Assembly (NCBI GenBank): GCA_965228735.1
Contig: OZ245838.1
Location: 6,752,001-6,816,000 of the forward strand
Length of the DNA: 64,000 nucleotides
Reading direction: 5' to 3'
From: Planctomycetota bacterium
Lineage (GTDB): Bacteria; Planctomycetota; UBA1135; UBA2386
Shown here: in pieces, positions 1 through 10,090 of the stretch
How the letters are laid out: every line of letters begins with the position of its first letter
Position numbering within the stretch: the first letter of the stretch is position 1
Made by a program: the position numbers and the translations under genes
The notes under the pieces: model-generated
Database searches by the model: none
Told to the model about the DNA's origin: nothing
What the model saw: only the letters and a program-made list of their open reading frames with translations

Positions 1-1279
1 CCGCGCTCCAGGTGCCGCCCGGGGTGTAGACCTCGGCGCCGCTGATCGGCGCGGAGTTGGCTGCGCCCGTGATACTCGGAACGAAGATCCCGCCGCTCAT
101 GAGCACGCGGTCGTCGCCGAGCGTGACCTGGTTGTAGTGGTGTCCGGCGCGGCCCTGGCTCATGCTCGGACCGTTGGTCCAGCTGTTGCTGCCGGGGTTG
201 TAGAGCTGGACCGAAGTCGTGCTCATGGCCGAGACCGGAATGCCGAAGAAGAAGCCGACCTCGACGCCGCCGCTGACCATCACGAGGCCGTTGCTCAGCG
301 TCGTGAGGGCGGGCGCGAGGCGGTTGCCGCCGATCGCGGGCCCGCCGCTCCACTGGCCCGTCGCCGGGTCGTAGATCTCCGTCGACCGCAGCGTGTTGGT
401 GATCGCGCTCAGCACGTCGGCGAGCGTCGAAGTGCCGCCCGTGACCATCACGCGGCCGTCGGGCAGCCTCGTCGCCGCGTGCAGGATGCGCGGCGTGTTC
501 ATCGCACCCGTCGCGGAGTAGGTGTCCGTCGCCGGGTCGTAGATCTCGCACGAGTCGAGCACGCTGCCCGTGCTGTCGGCGCCGCCGATCAGCAGCACGC
601 GGCCGTCGTCGAGCCGGACCGGCAGGTGCAGCGCGCGCGCCGTCGTCATCGCGTTCCCCGGTCGCACCGCCATGCGGCGGAAGTCCCAGACCTCGGTCGT
701 CGCGAGCCCGACCGCGCTCGTCAACGTGCCCGAGCCGCCGCCAGCTACGATGAAGTCGCCGGCGCCCGCGTTGTTGTCGCGGTCGAAGAACCCGGCGCTG
801 AACGCGCGGGCATTGAGCAGCGAGTCGCGCGCGAGCAGGCCGGTGGCCGGCAGCGATGTCTGGGTCACGACGTCGTTGCTGATCTCGCCGACGATCGTCG
901 GGCCGCTCACCGGCAGCGTCAGCATCTGCCAGTGGAAGACGAGGTCGTCGAGGCTCGCGAGGTTCGGCAGCGCGAGGGAGTAGTTGCCCGAGCCGGCGCC
1001 CGTGAGGGTGAAGATCCACGCCGCGGACAGCTCGGTGCCGACCAGCACGGAGCGCGGATCCGCCGGATCGACCGCGGACAGCGCCGTCGGGCCGCCGGTG
1101 AACGACGCCATGATCACGGCGAGCGTGTTGGCCGTCGTGCCGTTGTAGGCCAGGTCCTGGCTGCTGCCGAGCGTGCCCGGCGTCGTCTTATCGAGGTCGA
1201 AATCGCCCTGGGCGACCGCCGGGAGAGCGAGCGCGAGCGCGAGCGGCAAGGTGAGGGCGGGGGGGAAGTTGCGGATCAT
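1..1279 (-). CDS. Secreted Kelch-repeat protein (3' end runs off the window)
   Basis: Not in the ORF track because there is no stop in the window. My translation from ATG at 1279 gives MIRNFPPALTLPLALALALPAVAQG (signal peptide), then Kelch units such as ARALHLPVRLDDGRVLLIGG...SCEIYDPATDTYSATGAMNTPRILHAATRLPDGRVMVTGG. Confidence 0.85.
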   Translation of the reverse strand, partial: MIRNFPPALTLPLALALALPAVAQGDFDLDKTTPGTLGSSQDLAYNGTTANTLAVIMASFTGGPTALSAVDPADPRSVLVGTELSAAWIFTLTGAGSGNYSLALPNLASLDDLVFHWQMLTLPVSGPTIVGEISNDVVTQTSLPATGLLARDSLLNARAFSAGFFDRDNNAGAGDFIVAGGGSGTLTSAVGLATTEVWDFRRMAVRPGNAMTTARALHLPVRLDDGRVLLIGGADSTGSVLDSCEIYDPATDTYSATGAMNTPRILHAATRLPDGRVMVTGGTSTLADVLSAITNTLRSTEIYDPATGQWSGGPAIGGNRLAPALTTLSNGLVMVSGGVEVGFFFGIPVSAMSTTSVQLYNPGSNSWTNGPSMSQGRAGHHYNQVTLGDDRVLMSGGIFVPSITGAANSAPISGAEVYTPGGTWSA

Positions 1280-1454
1280 GGGTGAGGTCAGGGTCCGGGC
1301 AGACCCGTACAGTATCCGAGATTCCCGCGGTCGGTGCGGCTCAAGTCGGCGGCTGGTCGTCCGAGAATGAGAACGGACCGGGCTTTCCCGAGCCGGCAGC
1401 CGTCGTTGGCGCCGGGCAGGACTCCGCCGCCCGCGGCTTTGCCGGGATGTCACG

Positions 1455-1961
1455 ATGGCCGAGGATTCGGTGCGACGGACGGAAGCGACCACGAGCCTGA
1501 ACGGCTACGGCTCCCGCGCGCCGGACGAGCACCGTTCGGGCAACCGCCGCGCCGCGCCGCCGGACGAGGTCGACGCGCCACCGAGCCGGGGCGCGGACAG
1601 CGTGGCCGTGCGCTCCGACTTCGTGGCCGCGCTGCGGCTGCTGCGGGAGCGGGTCCTGGCCAACACCCGGGACATGCTCGGGGTCGGCAGCGTCGCGGTG
1701 CCGAAATTCGCCGAGGTCGTCGGCGCGGAGACGACCGCGGCGTTCGTGTCGCGCCTCGTCTCCGACCAGAACCAGCTCGCGGCCCGCGGCGCGTCGGCCG
1801 CGCCGAGCGCCGTGCGCGTGGTCCTCAACGCGGCGTTCGAAGCCGGCAGTACGGAGGCCGCCGAGCTGCTCGCGGCCGTGCCCGACAGTGCCGCTGCGCA
1901 GGCCGCCGTGAGCGCGGCGCGCGCCGAGTTCGGGCGCCGCATCGCCGAACTCGATTCCTGA
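1455..1961 (+). CDS. Hypothetical protein, alanine-rich and helical
   Basis: 168-aa ORF with GC3-rich codons, ending 24 nt before ychJ. No family motif recognised. Confidence 0.6.
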   Translation: MAEDSVRRTEATTSLNGYGSRAPDEHRSGNRRAAPPDEVDAPPSRGADSVAVRSDFVAALRLLRERVLANTRDMLGVGSVAVPKFAEVVGAETTAAFVSRLVSDQNQLAARGASAAPSAVRVVLNAAFEAGSTEAAELLAAVPDSAAAQAAVSAARAEFGRRIAELDS

Positions 1962-1985
1962 CGCGTCGCTGGTTAGGTTCTGGGC

Positions 1986-2489
1986 ATGAAGTGCCCGTGC
2001 AGCTCCGGCAAGGAGTTCGGTGACTGTTGCGAACCGATCATCGAGCAGAAGCGGCAGGCCGTGACGGCCGAAGAGCTCATGCGTTCGCGCTACACCGCCT
2101 ACGCGCTGGGCAAGATCGAGTGGATCATCGAGAGCCAGTCGCCCGACGGCCGCGCGCACATCGACCGCAAGTCGACCGAGGAATGGTCGCGGCGGTCGAC
2201 GTGGCACGGCATGGCGATCCTCAACGTCGAGCAGGGCGGCGAGTCCGACACCGAGGGCTTCGTGGAGTTCAAGGCGAACTACACGATGGGCGGGGAAGAT
2301 GTCACGCATCACGAGGTCGCGAGCTTCCGCAAGGAGGACGACACGTGGTACTTCGTCGACGGCATCGAGGTGAAGCCGCGGCCCTACAAGCGCGTCGAAC
2401 GCAAGGTCGGGCCGAACGAGCCGTGCCCGTGCGGCTCGGGCAAGAAGTTCAAGAAGTGCTGTGGCAAGCCCGGCGTGCGGGCGTCCTGA
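1986..2489 (+). CDS. ychJ: YchJ/UPF0225 family protein with N- and C-terminal SEC-C motifs
   Basis: [40 protein letters not shown]-terminal [18 protein letters not shown]. Confidence 0.93.
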   Translation: MKCPCSSGKEFGDCCEPIIEQKRQAVTAEELMRSRYTAYALGKIEWIIESQSPDGRAHIDRKSTEEWSRRSTWHGMAILNVEQGGESDTEGFVEFKANYTMGGEDVTHHEVASFRKEDDTWYFVDGIEVKPRPYKRVERKVGPNEPCPCGSGKKFKKCCGKPGVRAS

Positions 2490-2689
2490 GGTCGCCATCG
2501 TCGCGCTCACGATCGATGCGTGCGGCGGCAAGCGCGACGATTCCGCAGTCGTCGGCACCCACGAGTTCGATGCCGAGGAGTCCGCGCTGCCGACCCTCGA
2601 GGAGTTGGTTTCTCGACGGCGACGTGCTGCGCCTCGAGATGTCGATTGGTCGGCTCGCGGTCGTCGCGTTCCGGAAGTGCCCGCAGTAG
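2490..2689 (+). pseudogene. Possible degraded lipoprotein remnant
   Basis: Two frames give protein-like fragments, VAIVALTIDACGGKRDDSAVVGTHEFD and FLDGDVLRLEMSIGRLAVVAFRK. They resemble the layout of the next lipoprotein, but there is no good start. Confidence 0.25.
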
Positions 2690-2862
2690 CGGGGCGACGG
2701 TGAGCCGGGCGTTCTTCCCGCCCGGAACGCGACAGCGCGCCGATCCCGCGGCTGCCCGATCGGCCGGAAATTCTGCCGGCTACCGGGGTGACACCTCCGG
2801 CACCGCGTCCCATGATCGAGACCGATCCCCCTGACTCACGTAAACCTGACCGGAGAACCTCG

Positions 2863-3216
2863 ATGCGCCGATTCGCCCTGCTGTTGCCCCTGCTCCTGCC
2901 GTTCGCTGCCTGCACGACCGAGGAGTCGCATCCGCTTGCCGGTCACTGGAACGAGCAGACCGGCACCGAGAAGAAGGGCATCACGATCAACTTCAGCACG
3001 AGCAAGGAGCACTGCTACCTGCACGGTGCGCCGCGCGAGGACGGCACGCACGATCACGACGACGGGCCCTACACGTTCGACGAAGCTACCGGTGCCATCT
3101 CGATCACGTTCGAGACGGCCGGTGAGTGGAAGGGCAAGCTCACTGAAGGCACGCTGTCCGTGAGTGCGGCCGACGGAAAGGCGATGACGTTCAAGGTGGG
3201 CGAGGCCGCGCACTAG
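2863..3216 (+). CDS. Small lipoprotein (beta-barrel/lipocalin-like)
   Basis: GGAGA RBS before ATG 2863; MRRFALLLPLLLPFAAC lipobox; LAGHW motif; His-rich THDHDDG loop. Confidence 0.75.
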   Translation: MRRFALLLPLLLPFAACTTEESHPLAGHWNEQTGTEKKGITINFSTSKEHCYLHGAPREDGTHDHDDGPYTFDEATGAISITFETAGEWKGKLTEGTLSVSAADGKAMTFKVGEAAH

Positions 3217-3302
3217 CCGTTGGGTGAACCCCGAAACCGACGATCTGGGGGCCTCGCTTTTGCCCGGGCAGACCCTATCGTTCGGAGCAACCCCAGCCCG
3301 AC

Positions 3303-3722
3303 ATGTCCGATCCGCACTCCAGCAAGCTCACCGAAGGCATCCGGATCCACGCGGCAGCGCAGTACCTGCCGCAGGAGTCGGAGCCGGAAAACCGTCGGTT
3401 CGTCTACGCCTACCGCATCACGATGACCAACGAGAGCGCGACCGGTTCGGTCCGCCTCGTGTCGCGCCACTGGCAGATCGTGGACAGCGAAGGTCGGCGC
3501 GAGGAAGTGCGCGGCCGCGGCGTCGTCGGCGAGTATCCGAAGCTCGCGGTCGGCGAGAACTACAGCTACGTGAGCTACTGCCCGCTCGCGACCAACTGGG
3601 GGACGATGGAAGGCAGCTACACGTTCGAGCGCGACGACGGTTCGCAGTTCGACGTCGCGATCGGTCGGTTCTTCCTCGTGCCGTCCGCGCCCGAGCTCGA
3701 GCTCGAGCAGCCGCAGGCGTAG
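3303..3722 (+). CDS. apaG: ApaG family protein
   Basis: YAYRITMTN, RHWQIVD, EVRGRGVVGEYP, GTMEGSY. Confidence 0.93.
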   Translation: MSDPHSSKLTEGIRIHAAAQYLPQESEPENRRFVYAYRITMTNESATGSVRLVSRHWQIVDSEGRREEVRGRGVVGEYPKLAVGENYSYVSYCPLATNWGTMEGSYTFERDDGSQFDVAIGRFFLVPSAPELELEQPQA

Positions 3723-3769
3723 CGGTCGATCGCCAGATGTCGTCGGGCGCCCGCTATCGCCGGGCGCGT

Positions 3770-5464
3770 CTAACGTCTGGCCTCGTCGCGCAACGCGATC
3801 AGGTCCTTCATCACGTTCTGCAGCTCGCCCGCGTTCTGCTGACCGCCCGCGCCGCTGAACGCGTCGTGCAGCTGCGCATAGAGCCGGTAGAGCTCGCGAT
3901 AGACCGCGACCGCCGCCTTCCGCGGGCGATAGACCGTGCTCTTCGTGCCCGTCATCCGGCGCTGCGCCGCGGCCACGCTGCGAAACCGCCCGCCCGCGAC
4001 CGCGCCGCAGATCGCCGCGCCGAGCGCGCACGACTCGGCGGAGCGGCTGACCTTCATCGGGCGGCCCGTCACGTCGGCGTAGATCTGCATCACGAGCGCG
4101 TTCTTCTCGGCGATGCCGCCGCAGTTCACGATCTCCTTGACCTTGACCCCGAACTCCTCGAACCGGCGGATGATCGTCAGCGCGCCGAACGCCGTCGCCT
4201 CGATCAGCGCGCGGTAGATCTCGGCGGCGGTCGTGTGCAGCGTCTGGCCGACGATCAGACCCGTGAGGTGCGGATCGACGAGCACCGTGCGGTTGCCGTT
4301 GTTCCAGTCGAGCGCGAGCAGCCCGCTCGCGCCGGGCGCGAGCTTGGCCGCGGCGCGCGTCAGGCGAACGTGCGGGTCGCCCGCACCCTTCGTCGCGCCG
4401 TTCGTCGCGAGGTGCTTCACGAACCAGTTGAAGATGTCGCCGACCGCCGACTGTCCGGCCTCGAGCCCGTAGGCGTCGGGCAGCACCGAGCCCGGCACGA
4501 TGCCGCAGAGCCCCGGGATGTCCGGCAGCCTCTCGTCGAGCGGCCACACCGTGATGTCGCACGTGCTCGTGCCGATGATCTTCACGAGCGTGCCCGGCTT
4601 CACGCCCGAGCCGATCGCGCCCATGTGCGCATCGAGCGCACCGACGGCGACCGGGATGCCTGCTGGCAAAGAGGCGGCGTTGGCCATCTCGGTCGTGAGG
4701 TGACCGGCGACACGGTCGGACGGCAGCACCGCGTCGCCGAACGTGTCGGCGAAGCGCGGCAGCTCCGCATCGAGTCGGCGCAGGAACGCCTTCTTCGGCA
4801 GCCCGCCCCAGTCCGGATGGAACATCGCCTTGTGTCCAGCAGCGCAGACGCTGCGCGCGAGCGACTTCGGCCTCGTGTTGCCCGTGAGGAAGCCCGGCAC
4901 GAAGTCGCACAGCTCGACCCAGCCCGCGGCCGCCTCGATCACGGCGGGAGCGGTGCGGCGACAGTGCAGCAGCTTGGACCAGTACCACTCGCTCGAGTAG
5001 GTGCCGCCGCACTTTCGCAGGTAGCCGTCCTTGCTGCGCGCGGCCTTCTGCGTGATCTCCGCGGCGGCGGCCGCCGACGTGTGATCGCGCCACAGCCACG
5101 CGTGCGCGGCGAGGTTCTTGTGGAACCGGCGCTGTGACGTCAGCGGCCGCCCGTCGGCGTCGACGGGCAGCGGCGTCGAACCCGTCGTGTCGACGCCGAT
5201 GCCGACGATCCGGTCGGGCTTGAAGCCGCGGCGACGCGCTGCCATGCGCACGGCGGCCTGCACCGCGCGTTGGTAGCCGGTCACGTAGTCGGCCGGGTTC
5301 TGCCGCGCGAGGTTGGGGTCCTTGTCGTCGAGCAGGATGCCGTGCTCGCCGCTCTCGTAGTCGTGGGTGGCGACCGCGACCTCGCTGCCGTCGTCGAGGT
5401 CGACGACCACGGCGCGCACGCTGTTGGTGCCGTAGTCGAGGCCGATGGCGTAGTCGTTCTGCAT
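3770..5464 (-). CDS. araB: Ribulokinase (FGGY family)
   Basis: Start at MQNDYAIGLDYGTNSVRA; GIGVDTTGSTP, YSSEWYWSK, CAAGHKAM, GLEAGQSAVGDIF, LALDWNNGNRT, RALIEATAFG. Confidence 0.9.
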   Translation of the reverse strand: MQNDYAIGLDYGTNSVRAVVVDLDDGSEVAVATHDYESGEHGILLDDKDPNLARQNPADYVTGYQRAVQAAVRMAARRRGFKPDRIVGIGVDTTGSTPLPVDADGRPLTSQRRFHKNLAAHAWLWRDHTSAAAAAEITQKAARSKDGYLRKCGGTYSSEWYWSKLLHCRRTAPAVIEAAAGWVELCDFVPGFLTGNTRPKSLARSVCAAGHKAMFHPDWGGLPKKAFLRRLDAELPRFADTFGDAVLPSDRVAGHLTTEMANAASLPAGIPVAVGALDAHMGAIGSGVKPGTLVKIIGTSTCDITVWPLDERLPDIPGLCGIVPGSVLPDAYGLEAGQSAVGDIFNWFVKHLATNGATKGAGDPHVRLTRAAAKLAPGASGLLALDWNNGNRTVLVDPHLTGLIVGQTLHTTAAEIYRALIEATAFGALTIIRRFEEFGVKVKEIVNCGGIAEKNALVMQIYADVTGRPMKVSRSAESCALGAAICGAVAGGRFRSVAAAQRRMTGTKSTVYRPRKAAVAVYRELYRLYAQLHDAFSGAGGQQNAGELQNVMKDLIALRDEARR

Positions 5465-5601
5465 GGGGCGCTCCGCAGTCCGGGCAACGGGAGCGCGTGG
5501 TCTAACCGTTCGCCGGCCCGCGGCAAAGGCCGCACCGGACGCGGCCCCGCCGGCAGGAGCCCGTTCTTGCCGCCGAAGGGGCGCCGAGCTAGCGTCGCCA
5601 C

Positions 5602-7131
5602 GTGCCCACGATCGCTCTCGGTGAACCCGTCCTGCCCCTGTCCGCGTTCGTCGCGATCGCACGCGGCGGCGCCAGGATCAAGCTCTCGCGCGACGTGCGC
5701 AGTCGGGTCAGGACCAGCCGCGAACAGGTCGAACGGGCGGTGGCCGGCGGCGCGACGATCTACGGGATCAACACCGGCTTCGGCAAGCTCGCGGGCGTGC
5801 GCATCCCCGACGAGCAGCTCGCGCAGCTGCAGCAGAACCTGCTGCTGAGCCACGCGACCGGCGTCGGCCAGCCGTTGCGCCCGGAGGTGAGCCGCCTCGC
5901 GTTCGCGCTGCGGATCCACAACCTCGCGATCGGCAACTCGGGCGTGCGGCTCGCGCTGCTCGAACAGGCGATGGCGTTGTTCGACAACGACCTGATCCCC
6001 GTGATTCCGTCCCAGGGCTCGGTCGGCGCGTCGGGCGATCTCGCGCCGCTGAGTCACATGGCGCTGCCGTTGATCGGGCGCGGTCAGGTGCACTTCGGCA
6101 AGAAGGTGATCTCGGGCAAGAAGGCGCTCGAGAAGATCGGTCGCGCGCCGCTCGAGCTCGCGGAGAAGGAAGGCCTCGCGCTCATCAACGGCACGCAGAT
6201 CATGACGGCGATCGGCTGCCTCGCGGTGCACGATGCGATGACGCTCGCGCGCGCGGCGGACATCGCGTGCGCGATGACGGTCGAGGCGTTGCGCGGCAGC
6301 GACCGACCGTTCGCGGCCCGGGTGCACGAGCTGCGGCCGCACACGGGGCAGATGGCGACGGCCGAGAACCTGCGCGCGCTGCTCGCCGGCAGCAAGATCA
6401 TGGTGAGTCACAAGGACTGCGAGAAGGTGCAGGACGCCTACTCGCTGCGGTGCGCGCCGCAGGTCCACGGCGCGAGCAAGGACGGCATCCGCTACGCGCT
6501 CGAGACGCTCGTGACCGAGGCCAATTCGGTGACCGACAACCCGCTCGTCTTCGACGGCGCGGACGTCGTCAGCGCCGGCAACTTCCACGGCCAGCCCGTG
6601 AGCCAGGCGCTCGACTACCTCGGCATCGCGGTGTCGACGCTCGCGAACATCAGCGAGCGCCGCATCGAACAACTCGTCAACCCGGACATCTCGGGCCTGC
6701 CGCCGTTCCTCGCGAAGCACCCGGGACTCGAGAGCGGCTTCATGATCCCGCAGGTCGTCGCCGCGTCGCTCGCGAGCGAGAACAAGTCGCTGGCGCACCC
6801 GGCGAGCGTCGACACGATCCCGACGTCGGCCAACCGCGAGGACCACGTGTCGATGGGGGTGACGGCCGCGCGGCACGCCGAAGCGATCGTGAGCAACGCG
6901 CAGAAGGTGCTCGGCATCGAGCTGTTGTGCGCCGCGCAGGGACTCGATCTCGGTGAGCAACTGCGGCCCGGTAAGGGCGTGCGGGCGGCGTATCAGGCGC
7001 TGCGCAAGCGCGTGAAGGGGCTCGAGGGCGACCGCTTCCTGGCGCCGGATCTCGCGGTTGCGGAGGAAGTCGTGCAGAGCGGGGAGCTCGTTGCCGCGGC
7101 GGAGAAGGCGGTCGGGGCGCTGGCGTTGTAG
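5602..7131 (+). CDS. hutH: Histidine ammonia-lyase
   Basis: YGINTGFG, SHATGVG, MIO-forming GSVGASGDLAPL, VQDAYSLRC, GNFHG, EDHVSMG. Confidence 0.96.
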   Translation: MPTIALGEPVLPLSAFVAIARGGARIKLSRDVRSRVRTSREQVERAVAGGATIYGINTGFGKLAGVRIPDEQLAQLQQNLLLSHATGVGQPLRPEVSRLAFALRIHNLAIGNSGVRLALLEQAMALFDNDLIPVIPSQGSVGASGDLAPLSHMALPLIGRGQVHFGKKVISGKKALEKIGRAPLELAEKEGLALINGTQIMTAIGCLAVHDAMTLARAADIACAMTVEALRGSDRPFAARVHELRPHTGQMATAENLRALLAGSKIMVSHKDCEKVQDAYSLRCAPQVHGASKDGIRYALETLVTEANSVTDNPLVFDGADVVSAGNFHGQPVSQALDYLGIAVSTLANISERRIEQLVNPDISGLPPFLAKHPGLESGFMIPQVVAASLASENKSLAHPASVDTIPTSANREDHVSMGVTAARHAEAIVSNAQKVLGIELLCAAQGLDLGEQLRPGKGVRAAYQALRKRVKGLEGDRFLAPDLAVAEEVVQSGELVAAAEKAVGALAL

Positions 7132-7258
7132 CGCCTCGGATGGGCGGGCGCCCCGGCTGCCCCGTGAGCGGGTAGGATGCCGGAGGTTTCGTGGACCCGT
7201 GTCCTGGGCAGCAGTCCGCTGCGCCGACCGGGCAATGGCGTTCGCGGCGGGTGAAGAG

Positions 7259-8527
7259 ATGAACGAACGATTCCTCGCGTTGATCGCGGTGTTGGCTGGC
7301 GTCCTTCCCGCGCAGCGGACCTGGAAGGTGAACTGCAACGGCGGGCCGGGTGTGGACTTCATCGACTTGCCGCCAGCTGTGGCGGCCGCGTCTCCCGGCG
7401 ACACGATCTTGGTGTATCACACGCCTGCAAGTTGTCCGACTGCTTCGAACTACACTGCCCCCCGAATCGACAAGGCCCTCGCTATCGTTGGCTTCATCAT
7501 GCCGGGGTCTCCGGGTAGCTCGACCCCAACGCGAGCGATTGTCGAGGGCGTGCTCGAGATCGGCCCACTGCCCGCCAACGCCAGTGTGACGGTCAGTAAC
7601 GTCTCAATCCTCCAACCGTCGATGTTGGCGTCGCCCATCGCTCATCATGGTATTCGAGTCCACGATTGTGTCGGGCGCGTCTTGCTTGAAGACATCTACT
7701 ATGGCGGCTTCGGGCTGACCAATTCCGTCATGGCGATCGAGCGCTGTGCCGACGTGACGCTCCGCGGCTGCCACTTCAGGCTCTCCGGCGAACCAGCGAC
7801 TTTCGTGGACTCGCGGGGACTTGTTACGTTCTCGCGCCTCGAGCAGCGTGGCCCCTTCTTCGGAGGCGCGCCGTACGCCTACACCGCAACCCGCGAGGCG
7901 CTGCTCGTGCGGCGTTCGGATGTCGCGGTGATCGGCAGCGTTCTCGACGGCGCGAACCGGGTGGCGAACTGGTTCCCGGCGCAGAACTGGGGGCCGCGTG
8001 CGGGGGCGGTTGTCGAAAGTGGCACGCTGTCCATCGGCCCGGCGACGTTGCTACGTGGCGGCTACGATGGCTTCGGTCAGACCTGGGGGTTCTACCTGCC
8101 GCAACCGAGTCAGGCGACGGTCTACGTCGACCCGCGCGCCACGCTCGACACCGTGCCGCTGTTGCCGACAACGACCCGCTGGATCCACGCGGCCTACCAC
8201 GACTGGCTCGTCGCCGGCGAGTCGTACAACGTCTCGGTCGCCGGCCCGCTCGGCAGTTGGGTGATGCTCGGCGTCGGTGCCCTGGCGCCACAGCCGGTGA
8301 ACGTCGGCTTCGGCATGCTCGCGCTCGACCCGGCCGGCGTCGCGGTCATGGGCCTGAAGCAGGCTGGCGGCTTCGGCTACGCGGACTGGACCGGAACGTG
8401 CCACGCGGCCGTGCCGGTCGGCTTCGCGCTCGGATTCCAGGCCGCGCTGCTGGCGCCGAACGGCGAGATCTCGATGTCGCTGCCGTCGCCGTTCACGGTG
8501 GGCTGGCCGCACGGCGTGCAGCCGTAG
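7259..8527 (+). CDS. Secreted protein with beta-helix-like body and the shared C-terminal module
   Basis: MNERFLALIAVLAGVLPAQ signal peptide; DFIDLPPAVAAASPGDTILV opening typical of parallel beta-helix proteins; C-terminal GMLALDP...GFALGFQAALL...SLPSPFTVG. Confidence 0.7.
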   Translation: MNERFLALIAVLAGVLPAQRTWKVNCNGGPGVDFIDLPPAVAAASPGDTILVYHTPASCPTASNYTAPRIDKALAIVGFIMPGSPGSSTPTRAIVEGVLEIGPLPANASVTVSNVSILQPSMLASPIAHHGIRVHDCVGRVLLEDIYYGGFGLTNSVMAIERCADVTLRGCHFRLSGEPATFVDSRGLVTFSRLEQRGPFFGGAPYAYTATREALLVRRSDVAVIGSVLDGANRVANWFPAQNWGPRAGAVVESGTLSIGPATLLRGGYDGFGQTWGFYLPQPSQATVYVDPRATLDTVPLLPTTTRWIHAAYHDWLVAGESYNVSVAGPLGSWVMLGVGALAPQPVNVGFGMLALDPAGVAVMGLKQAGGFGYADWTGTCHAAVPVGFALGFQAALLAPNGEISMSLPSPFTVGWPHGVQP

Positions 8528-8646
8528 ATCGCCGTTCACCGACGGTGGATGGACGGGTCGATCGACGAGGATCCGACACCGCCGGCCTCGAAACGGGCAG
8601 TTCTGGCCGAGACCACAGGTGGCATGGGTTTCGCTACACTGGGGGC

Positions 8647-9984
8647 ATGCTCCGAAACGCCAGCCTGGTCGCGCTCTGCTTCTCCGGGATCGCTGTCGCG
8701 CAGTCGCCGCAGTGGCGGTCGCTGCCGGCGGTCAACTCGTTTCCGTTGTCCGGCGCGGCGATCACCTACGACCACCAGCGCGATCGTGTCGTCCTGTTCG
8801 GCGGCGCGACCGGTCACCTGCAGACGTCCTACCTGACGGAGTTCGACGGTGCCACCTGGGCCGCGCCGAACTACGGCAGCACGGTCTTCCCGACGCCGCG
8901 CGCCGGTCATCGCGTCGCGTTCGACGGCCGCCGCGGCGAGACGCTCATGGTTGGCGGTGGCGACCTGGGGCCGATCTACTTCACCGACACCTGGGTCTGG
9001 AACGGGGAGACGTGGGCGGAGCGATTCCCGCAGCAGTCGCCCCCGGTGGTCTTCGGCGGCTTCTCGTTGACGTACGACGAACGGCGCGAAGTCATCGTGC
9101 TCTACTCGGGCACGTCGGTGTGGGAGTGGGACGGTGGCAACTGGACGCAGCGCACGCTCGCGACGCTGCCGCCGCCGCGGAGCTACCACGCGGCGGCGTA
9201 CGACAACGTCTTCGGCCGCTTGCTGATCCACGGCGGGCAGACGGTGCCGTGGTCGAGTTCGTGGCAGTCGGACACCTGGGCCTACGACGGTGCGAACTGG
9301 CAGCAGTTGTCCGCCAGCGGACCGGCTGCCAACTACCCGCAGATGGCGTTCGACCGCGAGCGCGAGGTGGCCGTCGTCATGGCCGGCCTCGGTCCCACGC
9401 ACGAGTTCTCCGTCGCGACCTCGACGTGGCTCGCTGGTCCGAACGCGCCGACCTTCGGCCACCTGACGTTCGATCGACAGCGCAACCGCATCGTGCTGGT
9501 CGAGCCGCACAGCGGCAACGCCGGCTCCAACCCGGGGTCGACCTACGTCTACGAGACGCCCGGTCTGGCCGTTGCGCAGCCCTACGGGATCGCGTGCGGC
9601 AGCCCGGCGCTGATCGCCGAGGCGGATCCGGGCGCGCGACCGGTGATCGGCAACACCCTGGCCGTGCAGCTCGACAACGTGCCCGGCTCGGTCGCGTTCA
9701 TGTGCTTTGGCTGGTCGAGTGACAGCGTCCTCGGTCTGACGCTGCCGTACCGAATGGACGCCTGGGGGCTGCCCGGGTGCTGGCTGCTGCAGAGCGATGA
9801 CGCGATTACGCTGCCCTGCACGATGACCGGTGCGGGCACCGCGCGCTTCGACTTCGCGCTGCCGAACGCAGCCGGGTTCGTCGGGCTGCCGTTCTTCCTG
9901 CAGCCATGGGCGCCAGCGCCGGGTCTGAATCCTGCCGGCGCCGCGATCGGCAACGGCGTCGCCGTGACGATCGGCGCGTTTTGA
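8647..9984 (+). CDS. Secreted Kelch-like beta-propeller protein with the shared C-terminal module
   Basis: MLRNASLVALCFSGIAVAQ signal peptide; repeats YDHQRDRVVLFGG / FDGRRGETLMVGG / DTWVWNGETW / DTWAYDGANW. Confidence 0.85.
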   Translation: MLRNASLVALCFSGIAVAQSPQWRSLPAVNSFPLSGAAITYDHQRDRVVLFGGATGHLQTSYLTEFDGATWAAPNYGSTVFPTPRAGHRVAFDGRRGETLMVGGGDLGPIYFTDTWVWNGETWAERFPQQSPPVVFGGFSLTYDERREVIVLYSGTSVWEWDGGNWTQRTLATLPPPRSYHAAAYDNVFGRLLIHGGQTVPWSSSWQSDTWAYDGANWQQLSASGPAANYPQMAFDREREVAVVMAGLGPTHEFSVATSTWLAGPNAPTFGHLTFDRQRNRIVLVEPHSGNAGSNPGSTYVYETPGLAVAQPYGIACGSPALIAEADPGARPVIGNTLAVQLDNVPGSVAFMCFGWSSDSVLGLTLPYRMDAWGLPGCWLLQSDDAITLPCTMTGAGTARFDFALPNAAGFVGLPFFLQPWAPAPGLNPAGAAIGNGVAVTIGAF

Positions 9985-10090
9985 CCGAACGGGGGACGAG
10001 CGCTGTCGCTACCCGGATAGCCGGTAGCGCAGGCGCTCCGGCACGCTCGCGGGATCGTGGTACGATTGCGCGCTCTCCCGGTCTCACGCC

